NCBI GenBank assembly: GCA_043228905.1
Contig: JBHGNT010000011.1
Coordinates: forward strand, 9,424,001-9,488,000
Reading direction: 5' to 3'
Source of the DNA: Azolla caroliniana
Taxonomy: Eukaryota > Plantae > Polypodiophyta
DNA length: 64,000 bases
A program made the translations under genes and the position numbers. The stretch's first letter is position 1, and every line of letters starts with the position of its first letter. The notes under the pieces were generated by a model. The model made no database searches and was not told the DNA's origin. It saw only the letters and a list, made by a program, of their open reading frames with translations. Of the stretch, positions 1-12,047 are shown in pieces.

Positions 1-1
1 A

Positions 2-130
2 TCACCTCTTGTCCTCGAACTGAATCGGCAACCAAAGATCTTTAACCACGAGCATGTCCCTCATCTTCAACTTCCACACTGAGTAGTTGGAGCCAGTGAG
101 CTTGAACATGCCTCCCAACGAATCGTCCAT
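2..130 (-). CDS. gag: Copia Gag N-terminus (partial)
   Basis: MDDSLGGMFKLTGSNYSVWKLKMRDML begins just after the PBS; typical Copia gag L.G.NY..W...M motif. Confidence 0.85.
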   Translation of the reverse strand: MDDSLGGMFKLTGSNYSVWKLKMRDMLVVKDLWLPIQFEDKR

Positions 131-658
131 TTTTCTGTGTCGTTTCGCTCTGATACCAGTTTGACGAGAAATATGCGGAATAATCTCTGGCCACAACGGA
201 AGCGTAGATCACTTGATGACAATCAAACACAGAAGAAATGGGGATGGAGGTAAGTACACAAATAGAAAGAGAATACACAGGATGTTAATGTGGAAAACCA
301 TGAGAGGGAAAAACCACGGGAGTCCACAGACTCCAAACTATCACTATGTCAAGGAGTACAACAGGGAGCACAGAGGCAACGACCTCTTGCTCACAATCTT
401 CGCCTGGCGGCGGTTACAACAGAGACATGCTCTATATTGCTCTCTCTCTCTCTCTCTCTCTCAGTACAGTCGTTACACCAAATTACACTACACAAAAATA
501 ATAACAACAACTATCATATTTTCACATTGTTTGCCCTAGGTCACATTTATACTAATATGACATTAGGACTATTTACAAATATAGCCCCAATGGGCTCTCA
601 GAAACATATCTACATATATGTCCCTTCATCCGGTGAGAGGTTCTCACCGGGCCTACAA

Positions 659-935
659 CATCCGATTCTCACCGGGTTTTCCTTGCCGGGTACTCATCAT
701 CCGGTTCTCACCGGGTCTTCCGTTGCCGGGTACTCCACATCCGGTTCTCACCGGGTCTTCCTTGCCGGGTACTCCACATCCGGTTCTCACCAGGTCTTCC
801 GTTGTTGGATACTCCACATTCGGTTCTCACCGGGTCTTCCGTTGCCGGGCATTCCACATCCGGTTTTCACCGGGTCTTCCTTGCTGGGTACTCCACACTC
901 GGTTCTCACTAGGTCTTTTGTTGTCGGGCCTTCAT
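659..935. repeat. Tandem array of about 7 units of 39-40 bp inside the Copia LTR U3
   Basis: Unit CATCCGGTTCTCACCGGGTCTTCC(G)TTGCCGGGTACTCCA repeated head to tail. Confidence 0.95.
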
Positions 936-965
936 ATCCCATCCGAAGGGACCGAGATCCTAACA

Positions 966-1687
966 GTCAGCTCCCCGTGTTGTTGTTTTTCCAGCGCTAT
1001 TTGTTGAAGATCCCCCAACAAACAGTGATTTTCTTGTTCTAGTGCTACAAATTTCTCCTTTAAGCACTAGGGCTCCGAGAAAATAGATTGGTATTCCTGA
1101 GCGCTAATAGTTTCCATTTTACTAGGGAGGATAAGAGGATTAGTATGAAAGGAAGAAAGGGGTAAGAAGATGAGGGAAACCGAAAAGAAGACCGGAAAAA
1201 GGGAATATGTAAGAAGATAAAAGGAAGAGGAAAGGAGGAGACGGAAGGAGGACGGGAAAATCGGTTCAAACTGTCAGGATCAGTACTGAGAGAGAGAAGG
1301 AATTAGTACTAAAAGATGAGGATTAGTACTAAGAGAGGTGTAGAACTCTCGAGAGAAGGAAAGAGTGAGCGAGAGAGAGAGATAGAGAGAGAGAAAGGGT
1401 GAGAGAATGATGATAAAAGATATATATTATGTGAAGAGAGTATACAATAGTATCTAGGAGGCTTAAGACTGGCGTTGAACCGATTTGGTTCGAAATAATG
1501 CCTTGTGCCTCCTTTTATAGTGTTCTCAGGAGTACTCCTGAAGTTTCTAGAATGTTCCAAAGAAATCTGGAATATACATCAATTTTCTATAATAAAACAT
1601 AAATGAAAATAATACATGTTCTATGTATTACAATGTATGGTCTAATGGTCAAGAGCTCATGGGTTCGAGTCTTCCCATATCATGGCA
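966..1687 (-). mobile_element. Tcn1-like Gypsy chromovirus, 5' part (5' LTR 1272-1687, non-tRNA PBS 1258-1269, gag start near 1117), interrupted by the Copia at 965
   Basis: LTR, leader and gag start (METISAQEYQS versus MASVSAQEYQS) are homologous to the element at 59258-63690. Confidence 0.85.
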
Positions 1688-2306
1688 CCCAGCTGCTGAA
1701 GATCGACTCACCCAACTCCAAGAAGTTCAAGGTATCCTTTTACGCCATTTATATGATGGTCAAAACACTCAAAAGAAGGTTGTGGACCGTCATCGACGTG
1801 ATTCATTGACTACGTTTCAAGTGGGAGATCTAGTATGGCTTTTACAAGGTTGCATTAAAACAACCAGACCTTGCTGCAAATTGGATTATCAACATTTTGG
1901 CCCATATGTGATATCTGGTCAGATCAATGATGTGGCATTTCACCTTATTCTTCCCCCTCATATGCATCTTCACCTGGTCTTCCATGTTTCACTTTTGGAG
2001 CCCTACACAACCAACTCTATTGCAAGTCGTCTTACATCTCCCCCACCTTCAATCGAAGTTTTGGATGCTTCCGAATATGAAGTTGCTGCCATTTTCGACT
2101 CCAAGATTGTTCGCAACAAACTATATTATTTGATTGACTGGTTAGGTTATACACCTAACGATCGAACATGGGAACCTCTCGAGAATCTTGTTAATGCCTC
2201 CAAAATGGTTGTTGCATTTCACAACAAATATCCCCATAAGCCAAGTCCGAAATCTTGTCTTCTGACTAGTGGAACTCGTCGTCGAAAAGGGGGGATAATG
2301 TCATGA
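1688..2306 (+). pseudogene. pol: Integrase GPY/F domain plus chromodomain (truncated pol)
   Basis: EYEVAAIFDSKIVRNKLYYLIDWLGYTPNDRTWEPLENL is a group I chromodomain. The first ~21 codons of ORF 1623-2306 come from the inserted LTR. Confidence 0.9.
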
Positions 2307-2652
2307 AAACATACATTTTGGGCTTACAAGGATTCGAGCCCACAATGTCTTGGTCTATATATTAAACCTTTAACCATTATAATAACATATATTATGTATA
2401 ATTATAATAAATATATTATTCGTTATTACAAGATATTTAGAGTATTCTAGAACATTCTAGGATATTCCATGATTATATTAAATATCATAAATATCTAAAA
2501 TATTCTAGAACATTCTAGAATACTCCATAAGCACCTATAAATAGGTGTTTATTCATTCATCAGAACTCATTTAGTTCAACACTAGTCTTTAGCCCTTAGC
2601 CTACTCTTTGTAACCTTGTTTCCTCATAATATAATCTCATTTCCATTTATTG

Positions 2653-2688
<36 letters not shown>

Positions 2689-2704
2689 CTCACGAGTCTC
2701 GACA
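1688..2704 (+). mobile_element. Gypsy chromovirus 3' end: integrase C-terminus, chromodomain, PPT 2285-2295, 3' LTR 2299-2704
   Basis: FQVGDLVWL..KLDYQHFGPY..HLVFHVSLLEPY integrase tail; AAAAGGGGGGA PPT; TGTCA...CGACA LTR. Confidence 0.9.
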
Positions 2705-3307
2705 CCTTGGCCGATAAGGTATTGGTGCATCTTGTATTCCCAATATACAAAATTGTTTCGATCCAACTTTTCGTTGGGGAGGGAGGTGCCCATCTGAGTA
2801 TTCATGATGGTTAGTGTAGTTTTCCTTCTTCTTCTTCTTCTTTCTCAGATACAAGCAATGTAGTGATACTACGATAGTGATGAGCCGGTTCTTCTTGAAT
2901 GTCGGCATAAAACACAACACTACCAAGTCGCTCTAATACCATGTAAATAATCATGTGTGTAGTTATGTAGTGTGGAAGTAGATTAGAGAGGTGTGTGTTG
3001 TGTGTGTATATGAGAGAAGAGAGACACAATATGGAAAAACAAAAAACCAAAACTATATATTCACAAGAATGCCAACCAATAATTACAAAGCAAGAGAGGA
3101 GGGTGCATATAAGGTCACCTTCTCTCTACATTCTCTCACTAGAATGCCCTCTCGGGAAGGGGAAAACTAAACTAACCCATTAACTATGTGTCATAGGAGT
3201 TACATTCTATGACATAGTAGTTGTTGTTACAGAGTGGTGTGTTCACACACTTGCATATTCTTAAGGTGTGTTCACACCCTAGAGTAAGTTGAGTTTGATT
3301 CTCAACA
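2705..3307 (-). mobile_element. Degenerate Copia 5' end (LTR 2942-3307, mutated iMet PBS near 2930-2941, gag start), interrupted by the chromovirus at 2704
   Basis: The LTR begins TGTTGAGAATCAAACTCAAC on minus, as does the LTR at 28690. Gag MNTQMGTSLPNEKLDRNNF matches gag at 29233. Confidence 0.85.
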
Positions 3308-4464
3308 CAATGCTTACACATACAACTAAGTTTGTTTGTAATTTCACAATTAGGATTTTCCATGAATTTGATTATGTAGTTGGGAAGACAAGAAAAGAGC
3401 ATTTTTTTGTCATTGGCAATGGTCTTGTCTTTGTTCAAATATCTTGAAAACCTAGTAGAACCTTTTAGGAATCTCCTAAAACTCACGCATGATGTCCTCA
3501 ATGTAAGATAGATTTTAATATTAATAAAAGTAGATTAGAGTAGCGAATCTTGATGTTCAAGAATTTTTCTGATGAATGTTGCAAGTGAGAGTGAATATTG
3601 TGAATGTGAGCAAAATGTGTAGGGAAAACACTAATGTGACCATAGATGGAGTTGTGCAATAGAGTATCATACTCAAGCTTCACACGCTTGTATCAGGAAA
3701 AATATGCTTAGAGAACTAGTCTCCACATATGTGCCAATGTCCCCTCTCACATCCAAGAGAATGTGACCTAAGTTGTATGGTGTGAATGGTAGACAAAAAG
3801 CTAGGGAGAATATGGTTTTGCAATTTGGTGAGACATATGTAATATAATGCATGAAACGTGATCTTCCACATCCTCCCAATGAGAAGTTCAATTGTGTGTG
3901 CTAATGCTACTTTGATACATTTACACTATATTAATAAACCTACTTGAGTTGATGGGAAAATATTCATATTTTTGGAATATCCAAATTTAAAAAGGGGGTC
4001 CATTATGAGCCCTATGAAAACATTTGAAAACTTGAGGAGATTCCTAATATGTTCTTTCTCAACTTTCCGAAAAGAGGAATGAAATATTTTGAAATGGGAT
4101 GAAACATTCCCAAATCATCCGAAAGTGCCTATGCCATGATTGTTCTTTTGCTAGCTTTATACGATACATGGCAATATACATCGATTTTATTCATCGTATC
4201 CAATATTTGTTTGGAGCATTACTTTCAGTATTCATGAATTGTGTCTTAAACATCTTTGTATATAATGGTTTCATTGGATTATGTCATGTTACATAAGGCA
4301 CTTGTAGATTTTCTCTAAAACATGGGGAGTTTTCCATCTTTTTATGTCACAAGGAAAGTTACATATGATTCACCCAACAATACTTAAAAGCATGGGTGAA
4401 GCTCCAAAGGTAGTTTGATTGCAAAATTTGATGTGTTGAATGTCAAGGGTTCACATTGGAATAA

Positions 4465-4967
4465 TTGATCATGGTGAAATTATCCTATCTAAAAACCTAC
4501 CATGTTGTTTATTGAATTTGTTACAATATTATTTTGATCGTGTAATTGGTTGATTGCTAAAGACCATATGTAGTTAAGTGTTTACAATGTGCATGTATTT
4601 ATTTGCAAAGCACACAAATGAAGATGCTCTCAACCATTCCAAATAAAATCATGGATAGTGAGTAAGAGAGCTATGTAGCTATATGCTTGCATATATTAGA
4701 AATTCAAGAAGAATATTTGATCATGGTGAAATTATCTTGTCTAAAAAGCTACCATATCGTTCATTGTACTTGTTATAATATTATTTTGATCGTGTAATTG
4801 GTTGACTACTACTAATGACAATATGCAATTAAGTGTTTACAATGTGCATGTATTTAGTGCAAGGCATACAAAAGAAAATGCTCTCAAGCATTGCAAACAA
4901 AATCATGGATAATGATTAAGAGAGTTATGGAGATATATGCTTGTATATATATTAGAAATTCAAGAAG
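4465..4967. repeat. Diverged tandem duplication of about 250 bp
   Basis: TTGATCATGGTGAAATTATC...TTAGAAATTCAAGAAG occurs at about 4465-4711 and 4717-4967. Confidence 0.9.
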
Positions 4968-7927
4968 TTGTAGCTTCTAATGCACATAGAGCTGACATAG
5001 ACATGCATGATTGGAATGAGAGCTAAAACTCGATAGTGTCTCTGATGCAATTATTTCTATCTTTTATTTTTTTGATTAATAATCTTGGTAGTCTTATATA
5101 TAATCAATTAATATGCAATTAGAGGTGAGATGAAATGTCTCCTTTTGTTTTCTATATGTACATTTCTCAAGTAATATATTAAGGTGTATCTTTCTTTCAA
5201 AACAAAAATTAATATGCAATTAGAGTAACGTTTTGTGTTTTTCTCAATTAGCATGGCCGATCCTTTTTACTTTGAATATAAAGGATGTTAACATGTGCTT
5301 CATCCCATGAATGAGCCTCATAATAAATAAACATCACTTGATTAGTCAATTATAGTTATAGAGTGAACCATTAGAAATAGACAAGACTATCAACAACTTT
5401 CAAACTATGTCCTTCGGATGTCCACACATATAGGCTTGGGACATTGTATCTAAAATTTCGTCTATGCCTAAGTCAACTTACTTTGTTGGACACATATCGT
5501 ACGTTCACTCAAAACCACTCCTAATTTTCCTTGGATTCACATGGCTCTCAAATCCCCTTAATATGATAAAATATAAGAATTGCTTGACAAATATTATATG
5601 GTTGCTCACATATTTTGAGATTAGTCCCATACAATATTTAACTTCACATACAAATGTTTTTTCTAGCCCTAACAATACAACCAAACATTAGATCTAAATT
5701 AATGTTAAGCAAATTAAAGGATAAAATGAGGAAGAAAAGGCATTAGACCACCCCCGTTGGTGTCCCATCCCATTGAGTTTGAACATATATCATTCCTTGG
5801 GTTTGAAGGAGGAATATGTGGATGAAGATGATCTCGTGAAGGTAGCTAGCTTTCTTATATTGGCTCCAATCGTGGACCTTGTCTGTTTCACACTTAGCTA
5901 TTTTATAATGAGTGGTAAAGTGGTGAAACACTTTAAAGTTATCTCCAACTATAGGATTGAGAATAATTTAATCCTTACCCTTGATTGTTTATGAATTAGT
6001 CCACACCTAATCCTAAGATTAGATAACTATATACACATTTTTGCTCATAACAAGCATGATTAGTTTCCCAAAGTTCACAAGGCTATACATTGATCTTATA
6101 GATGCTTAGGATAAATTATCTTGATAGAAACACCATATTGTAGGGGAATCCACATCTTAGTACCATTATCTTCATAGAAACATCACATTGTAGTGGAATA
6201 AGAAGTGGGAGTTAAAATGCTCATCTTGAACCATATGCACGTATATCGCACATACATGTATGTATGAATGCCTTGATGTCAAGACATAGAGTAGCTCCTC
6301 TATATGTACCCCATTGAGGAAAATGGTCAAAAGAGTATTCGGGGACCCAAAAGGGCTTGTAATATATTGAAAGAAAAAATGAGATTGAATAAAAGACCGC
6401 TATCTAAAATGATGACCTAACATTCAAGCGAGTATGAAATAAGAAAGAATAACACTAAAGTCTATGCCCATGTATTCCAACATTTAGAGTATCGTCAATG
6501 TCAACAAAACATAGAGGCCTTAAATTACTACATAATCTAGAATATGCATGACTTGGTTGTTGGGAAAGAAAACTCACATCTATGAATATATTTTTGGTCA
6601 ATGTATTCTTGAATATTGTAAATGTATGTTACGTACTATGGAGACAGTGAATATATCAAAGATATACCATGTGATTTATTGACCAAAGTATGTGTGACCA
6701 CATCCTACATCATATATGCCTACCATGCTTATTTGTATAGTTTTGTTTAGGTAATATCTTGTGCTTTTTGAGCATACCTGAGAAATGATAATAATACCAC
6801 TACTTGTGGGAAGAATATTTTCAATACATTGAAATTTAAATTGCTACACGTAGAAGGCATGGCATTGCACAGGCTTCTTCAATTGAATCATGTTACGAAT
6901 ATACAACTACCAATGCAAACCAAAGAAAAAATGCAACTCATCTTAAGAGAAAAAAGGGACTTCAAAAGAAATCTTTGATTTGGTGAGATTCAAGATGAAA
7001 GAAGGAGAATGACCTTGTAATGAAGTTTTTAAATGTGGGAAAAATTTAGCTTTGCTGCCAAGCCTCCGCTAGGTCCTTTTGACCTTATTAGATAAAGATG
7101 TGACAATTGATATCCCATGTTCTTGAAGCTTGAGTGATCACAATTGCACATATTACGCAATATCACTGTAGTTGGTCGTTTCTTTCCTAGCCACATCTCC
7201 CTAGAGAGGACGGTCTCTAGTTAACCATATGGATTTCTTTGTCCTTTTGGTGTTTTCTTTCCCAATTCACATCTCCCATTAAAGGATGGTCTCTAGTAGA
7301 CAATATAGATTTCTTTGTCCTTTCAAATGTCAACAATAGCACTTTTGGTCTTTTATTGGGAACACATGTTAATTTCATGAGATTATATGATATGTGCATA
7401 TGAGCATGCTTGTGAAATGCTTCTTGAAGAGAAAAATGATGCTAGAGCCAAAATCAATATTGACAACTCATGAAAGGTCATTAAGAAACATGCCTCATTA
7501 CCCATTTATTTAAGCGAAGGCACAACATCTACAAACCAAAACATCGTTAGCCAAGAGAGTAATCCTACATGTTGAATTCATCCACATGAATCAAACCATC
7601 AGTGTTTCCAAATCAAAGTCGATGAAACATACAAAGGGAGTATTGCTTTTGCAGTTGATGGCCATGTTCGGAGGTTGTGTGCCATTTTTCAAGTAAAGTC
7701 GAAGTGAAACATATAAACGATAATCGAACTATAGTCGAGGGTCAAGATCCAAGGGTGTGCCGGTTTTTCGGACTGCTCTCTCATATAATATAATGCTAAC
7801 TATTTAAACCATATAGCACACAAAACACAAGTAGTAAAAAGGCAACAAACCTCTTCTCAATTATGGGTAGGGACATACATACATGTATTGTGTGTAGGAT
7901 GGTGATGGTATGGTTTATGGGCTTCAT

Positions 7928-10009
7928 CTAGATCCTCCTATGGGAGGAGGTTTTTAGAGTCATGGCTGATTCTGCCTCCTCCTTTTTCTTCTTCTTCTTC
8001 TGTTGTTGTTGTTGTTGTTGTTGCCATTTTTGTTGCTGAAGCATGTTGTGGAGGTGCTTCCCCTGCTCCTCAATTCGCATCTGTAAGTTCCTTTGAACCT
8101 ACTTTCCAAACAATTGGTAACCATAAGTCTTAACCAAAGGCGTTCTTAACAATAAGAGTGAAAAAAAAAAAACCAAATTCTATTTTCAGTTTTGGGTTCC
8201 AAGTGATTTCTGTTAGAATTTTGTTATTTCTTTTTTTTGTTTTTCTTTTTAAAACCTCAAGCTGCTCATGAAGTTGCTTCTGCATCTCCATCTGTAATTG
8301 GAGAGCTTCTGTCATCTGTAATGCCCTGAAAAATACACCATTTTTCTTTGCAATGTAACATACTGGTGCCAGCTAGTATAAATAATCATAAATGAAAACA
8401 ATACATTGATCCATCCAGCATGGTGATGGCCTCAATGGAACTAGATGAGCCCCTTTTTCTCCCATGTTCGTCTGCAATTCATAAATGAGGAAGATCAAAT
8501 GAATGAATACAATATATATGTAGATTTCATTTATGAAGAGATGCTTATAGTTTTTCACTCATTTCATTACATTGTATCAATAGCATTGATCGATGCTTCT
8601 TTACTTGATACACACACATGCTCCCTTTTCATACATGCTATTTCTATCGCTATAGAGCGATCATATCAGTATTTTATTTCTTTCTACTTGAGTAGGGGGA
8701 TATCCATTCTGATGGATATGGATGGATCAAAAGTTGCAAAGAGGAGTTTTATAAGATATCTAGCCAAAATTTGGATGAGAAAAGCTAAGCATTGTCAGTA
8801 ACAATCTAACTTAAGCTGTACATTTCTATAATCCGGATACAATTGCTTTTTGCATAAATTCATGAAACACATTTCCATTATGATTTCGAAAAGCTTTGGG
8901 CTTAGCTCACCTCTTTGTGCTCCTGGAATGTCTTGAGTAATTCGATATTTCTGCACACACATTCTAAGCTTTTCTTATTAGAGAAAGATGTATGCATCAC
9001 CCTGTAAACACATTCTCTCTAAGAACTTTTCTGTTGCCAGTGTTATAATGTACAGATTCCCAACCTGCAAATGGCTTTTGATGTGAGATAATTGTAGCCC
9101 AGGAATGTTCATCAATTTGAGCACGCACTTGGGGGTTGCCTCTGGATTGCGTGAAAAGCAAAAAACAAAAGAGCATTTCAGTGGACGAACATAAAAACAT
9201 GATAAAATTTCAGCTTTTATATTCCTCACTTTCTGCACCACCGAGCTCTTTCACTGCCTCTCCGAAACATTTATGAAGTTCTGGAGTCCACCGCAATCGG
9301 AAACGTTGCTTATGTTTGGCAGTACTGAGATTTATTGAATTTCCAGTGGCCAAAGTAGAGCTTTGTATCATCTCACTTGGAATCGCCATCTTAATCTCCT
9401 TTGCCTAGTGAATACATAAAACAAAACGAAACAAAAAGTTCAGGGCGTATGAGGTAATATAGGGCTAGATGAAAAGATCGATGAGAGGATGTGCATACTT
9501 ACGTTACTAGGCTTGGGGGAGGCTTTATTTGTCGTAGAGATGAACATCTGTGCCCATGAAGCAACATGACCATCATTGTTAGGCAATCGGTCCAAATCAC
9601 ACCAATCGAAGTTGGAGTCTCTTTGAGCAATTTCGGGGAGAGAAACATTGCTAGGTGAGGGGTAGGGTTCTTGTAAAGAAGTTTGTGCGAATTCTAGAAG
9701 CTCTTGAAGATCCATAGGCATCTGGTGAAGATGTTGTGAATGAGTAACGAATTGTGAGGGTTGTATGCCTTCATTGTTCACTTGTGGATATTGATGTAAC
9801 TGATGCGGATGTTGATAGTGATGTTGTTTGATTTGCTGAGGAATATATTGCTCGTGCAATTTCTGTTTGGAATGTGAGGTCTGATTTGACATGGTCTGAG
9901 ATGGGTATGGTTGAGTTGATGATGGTATGGATGAAGCATGATCAGAGGAGGCTATGAATGGTGTTGGTGGATTTGTTTTTGTGTGAAAAGAAGACAATGG
10001 ATTTGACAT
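7928..10009 (-). CDS. PHR1/PHL-like MYB-CC (GARP G2-like) transcription factor, about 368 aa. Coding exons 10009-9503, 9404-9230, 9141-9065, 8950-8911, 8471-8405, 8325-8256, 8098-7928
   Basis: All introns are GT-AG with consistent phases (1107 nt CDS). MYB domain [52 protein letters not shown]; coiled coil [36 protein letters not shown]. Probable 5' UTR intron about 10026-10582. Confidence 0.93.
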
Positions 10010-12047
10010 AGAAGCTAAATGCTTCCTATGAGAATTTTAACTTGACTCATCCTCTTCTCTCCTTTTTCTATTAAGATCTTCTTGGTTTGATTAATCTTGA
10101 AGTCAGTTTATTAATAATGTGTTCCCATAATTAATCTTGAACTCTGTTTCACCGAATCACAGCATTTAGCTTGATCTTTGCTTATCCATTGGCCATAGTT
10201 GAAGATGATTCATATAAAGAACATGCTCTTTTCCCATAACAGGCCCTGTTTCAAAACCACAGATTTTGAACTCTCATAAAAGCTCAGCATTTGGTTCTGA
10301 TTTTCTTTGTTTTGTTGGTATAATCTCTTTTAAAGCATTTAGCTTGATCTTTGCTTATCCATTGGCCATTAGAAGAAATCAGGACTCTGTTTCACCGAAT
10401 CACAGAAATCAAAGCTTTTGATGATTATGAAGGAGTTGGGTTTCTTTTTTTCTTCACAAAATAAAAGATTGAATGGACTTCGTGTGATTTTCAAGACTCT
10501 CATCTGTATACAATTCACAAACCCTAGCTAAATTAATAGATGTAACAGAAAGGACAGCCTGCCTCCTACACATAAATGCATACAGGAAGATCCGTTAAAA
10601 TAATAACAGTGGGATGGAAAAAGGTCTATAAATTCCATGCACAAATTGCGTGGATTCCACGGAGAGCTGGGCGAAAGAATGATTCGCGCTGTCACTGGTG
10701 TCTCTCTGTGGTGGATTGATTCCCAATGTTCTGCAATTTGGCAAGGGAATATGAAGGAAAAAGATGGAAGTCTGGGTTTTGCTTTTTTAGATGGGGGGAA
10801 GGCATATACATATATATCCCTCCTCATCATTGCACTCTTCCTTTCCTGCAGGGCAGGCTGCAAATTGCAATGCTGAGTTGAGTCCACCCACTCTCTCTCT
10901 CTCTCTCTCTAACTCTCTCTGTATTATAGTTCCTGGAATTACATGATTTCAACTCATTCATCTGCATGCTAATCATACTCATTATACTTGTCTTCTCAAC
11001 ATTAATCATATCTTATAATTTGAACATACACTTTCCTTGTTTGAGGTGCTCAATCTTCCGACAATTATATCACTTGGACGATAAATATCGTATCATTGGA
11101 AATCACTAATAATAAAACCTCGCTAAGAATCACGGACACACATGATATGATTTCAATAGTTTAGAACATCTCAAATAAAACTTGGCACCAAAACACTCAT
11201 CGCACTCTTCTTGACATGGAAATATGGAAGCTTTAATCCCATTGCATGACTCCCACTATCTTGGGTATCTCGGTATCACCCTTGATTGATAAGCTAAATA
11301 GATTAGTTGGACTAGAACATTTTGTATTATCGTCAAATGCTGATGACAAATTTCATAGTAAAGGATTTTGATGTTATCGAAGTCAATGAACATCAAGATT
11401 TCTAATGTTAGCTACTCATAATATTGTGCAAAACAATAAAGTCATTCATGACGTCATATCCAATTGGAAGTTCTCGATGCCATTCATATTGATTTTTTGG
11501 AGGATGCTAACATATGAAGAATTAGTATAAATAGAGTATTAGGGTGCAAACCTCATTGCCTTCCCACTAGTTATAAACCACATCATCTCCATCCAAAGGG
11601 AGTTGAGAGCATATCAAGGTAGAAGCATAATTAAACTATTACGTTGTCGCGATGTTTCGCGTGTGTGTGTTACTTGGGTGGGACCACGGGGGTCTTGGAC
11701 TAGGGAGTACTGAAGGGATAGAGAAGACCCGAGGTTTGCTTTACGACAATACTACTTCCTGACCCCTTCCTAAGCAAGGGCTCGTTGCCCCTTTTGTGAG
11801 GCCAGTGGCTTTTGTTGATCACGACTAGTCGAGTTTTCGAGATCACCACACGAGCCAATGATCAAACGGGTACAAGCAAAGATGAGCACGCAAGATGAAT
11901 GCACAAAGGGACGATAACACAAACACGAATGCCCGTACATCTTTATGAGGAGGAGAGGTGCATGGGCACACCCAAATGCTCCCTTGTCACAAGACGTCGA
12001 ACGTATGAGGAAGACAAAACACACGCACAAATGCTTGTACGCCTTTA

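Larger units (their letters stand above)
1..965 (-). mobile_element. Ty1/Copia element, 5' end (5' LTR 162-965, tRNA-iMet PBS 147-158, gag start); continues left of the window
   Basis: GCTCTGATACCA at 147-158 is the reverse complement of the iMet PBS. LTR ends are TG (162) and CA (965). The LTR is homologous at the end and in the TATA region to the solo LTR at 49913-50390. Confidence 0.9.

Noticed and set aside
659-935. CRISPR-like appearance of the 40-bp array (also the 105-bp and 41-bp arrays)
   Set aside because: Units are contiguous with no unique spacers, no cas genes are present, and the arrays lie inside eukaryotic LTRs.
290-1042. 250-aa ORF and overlapping 129-aa ORF
   Set aside because: They run antisense through an LTR, a microsatellite and the tandem array; the open frame is a by-product of stop-free repeats.
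10802-10809. P1BS (GNATATNC) autoregulatory site near the PHR1-like gene (another at 8698-8705)
   Set aside because: A degenerate motif with six fixed bases is expected often by chance in AT-rich DNA; no supporting evidence.
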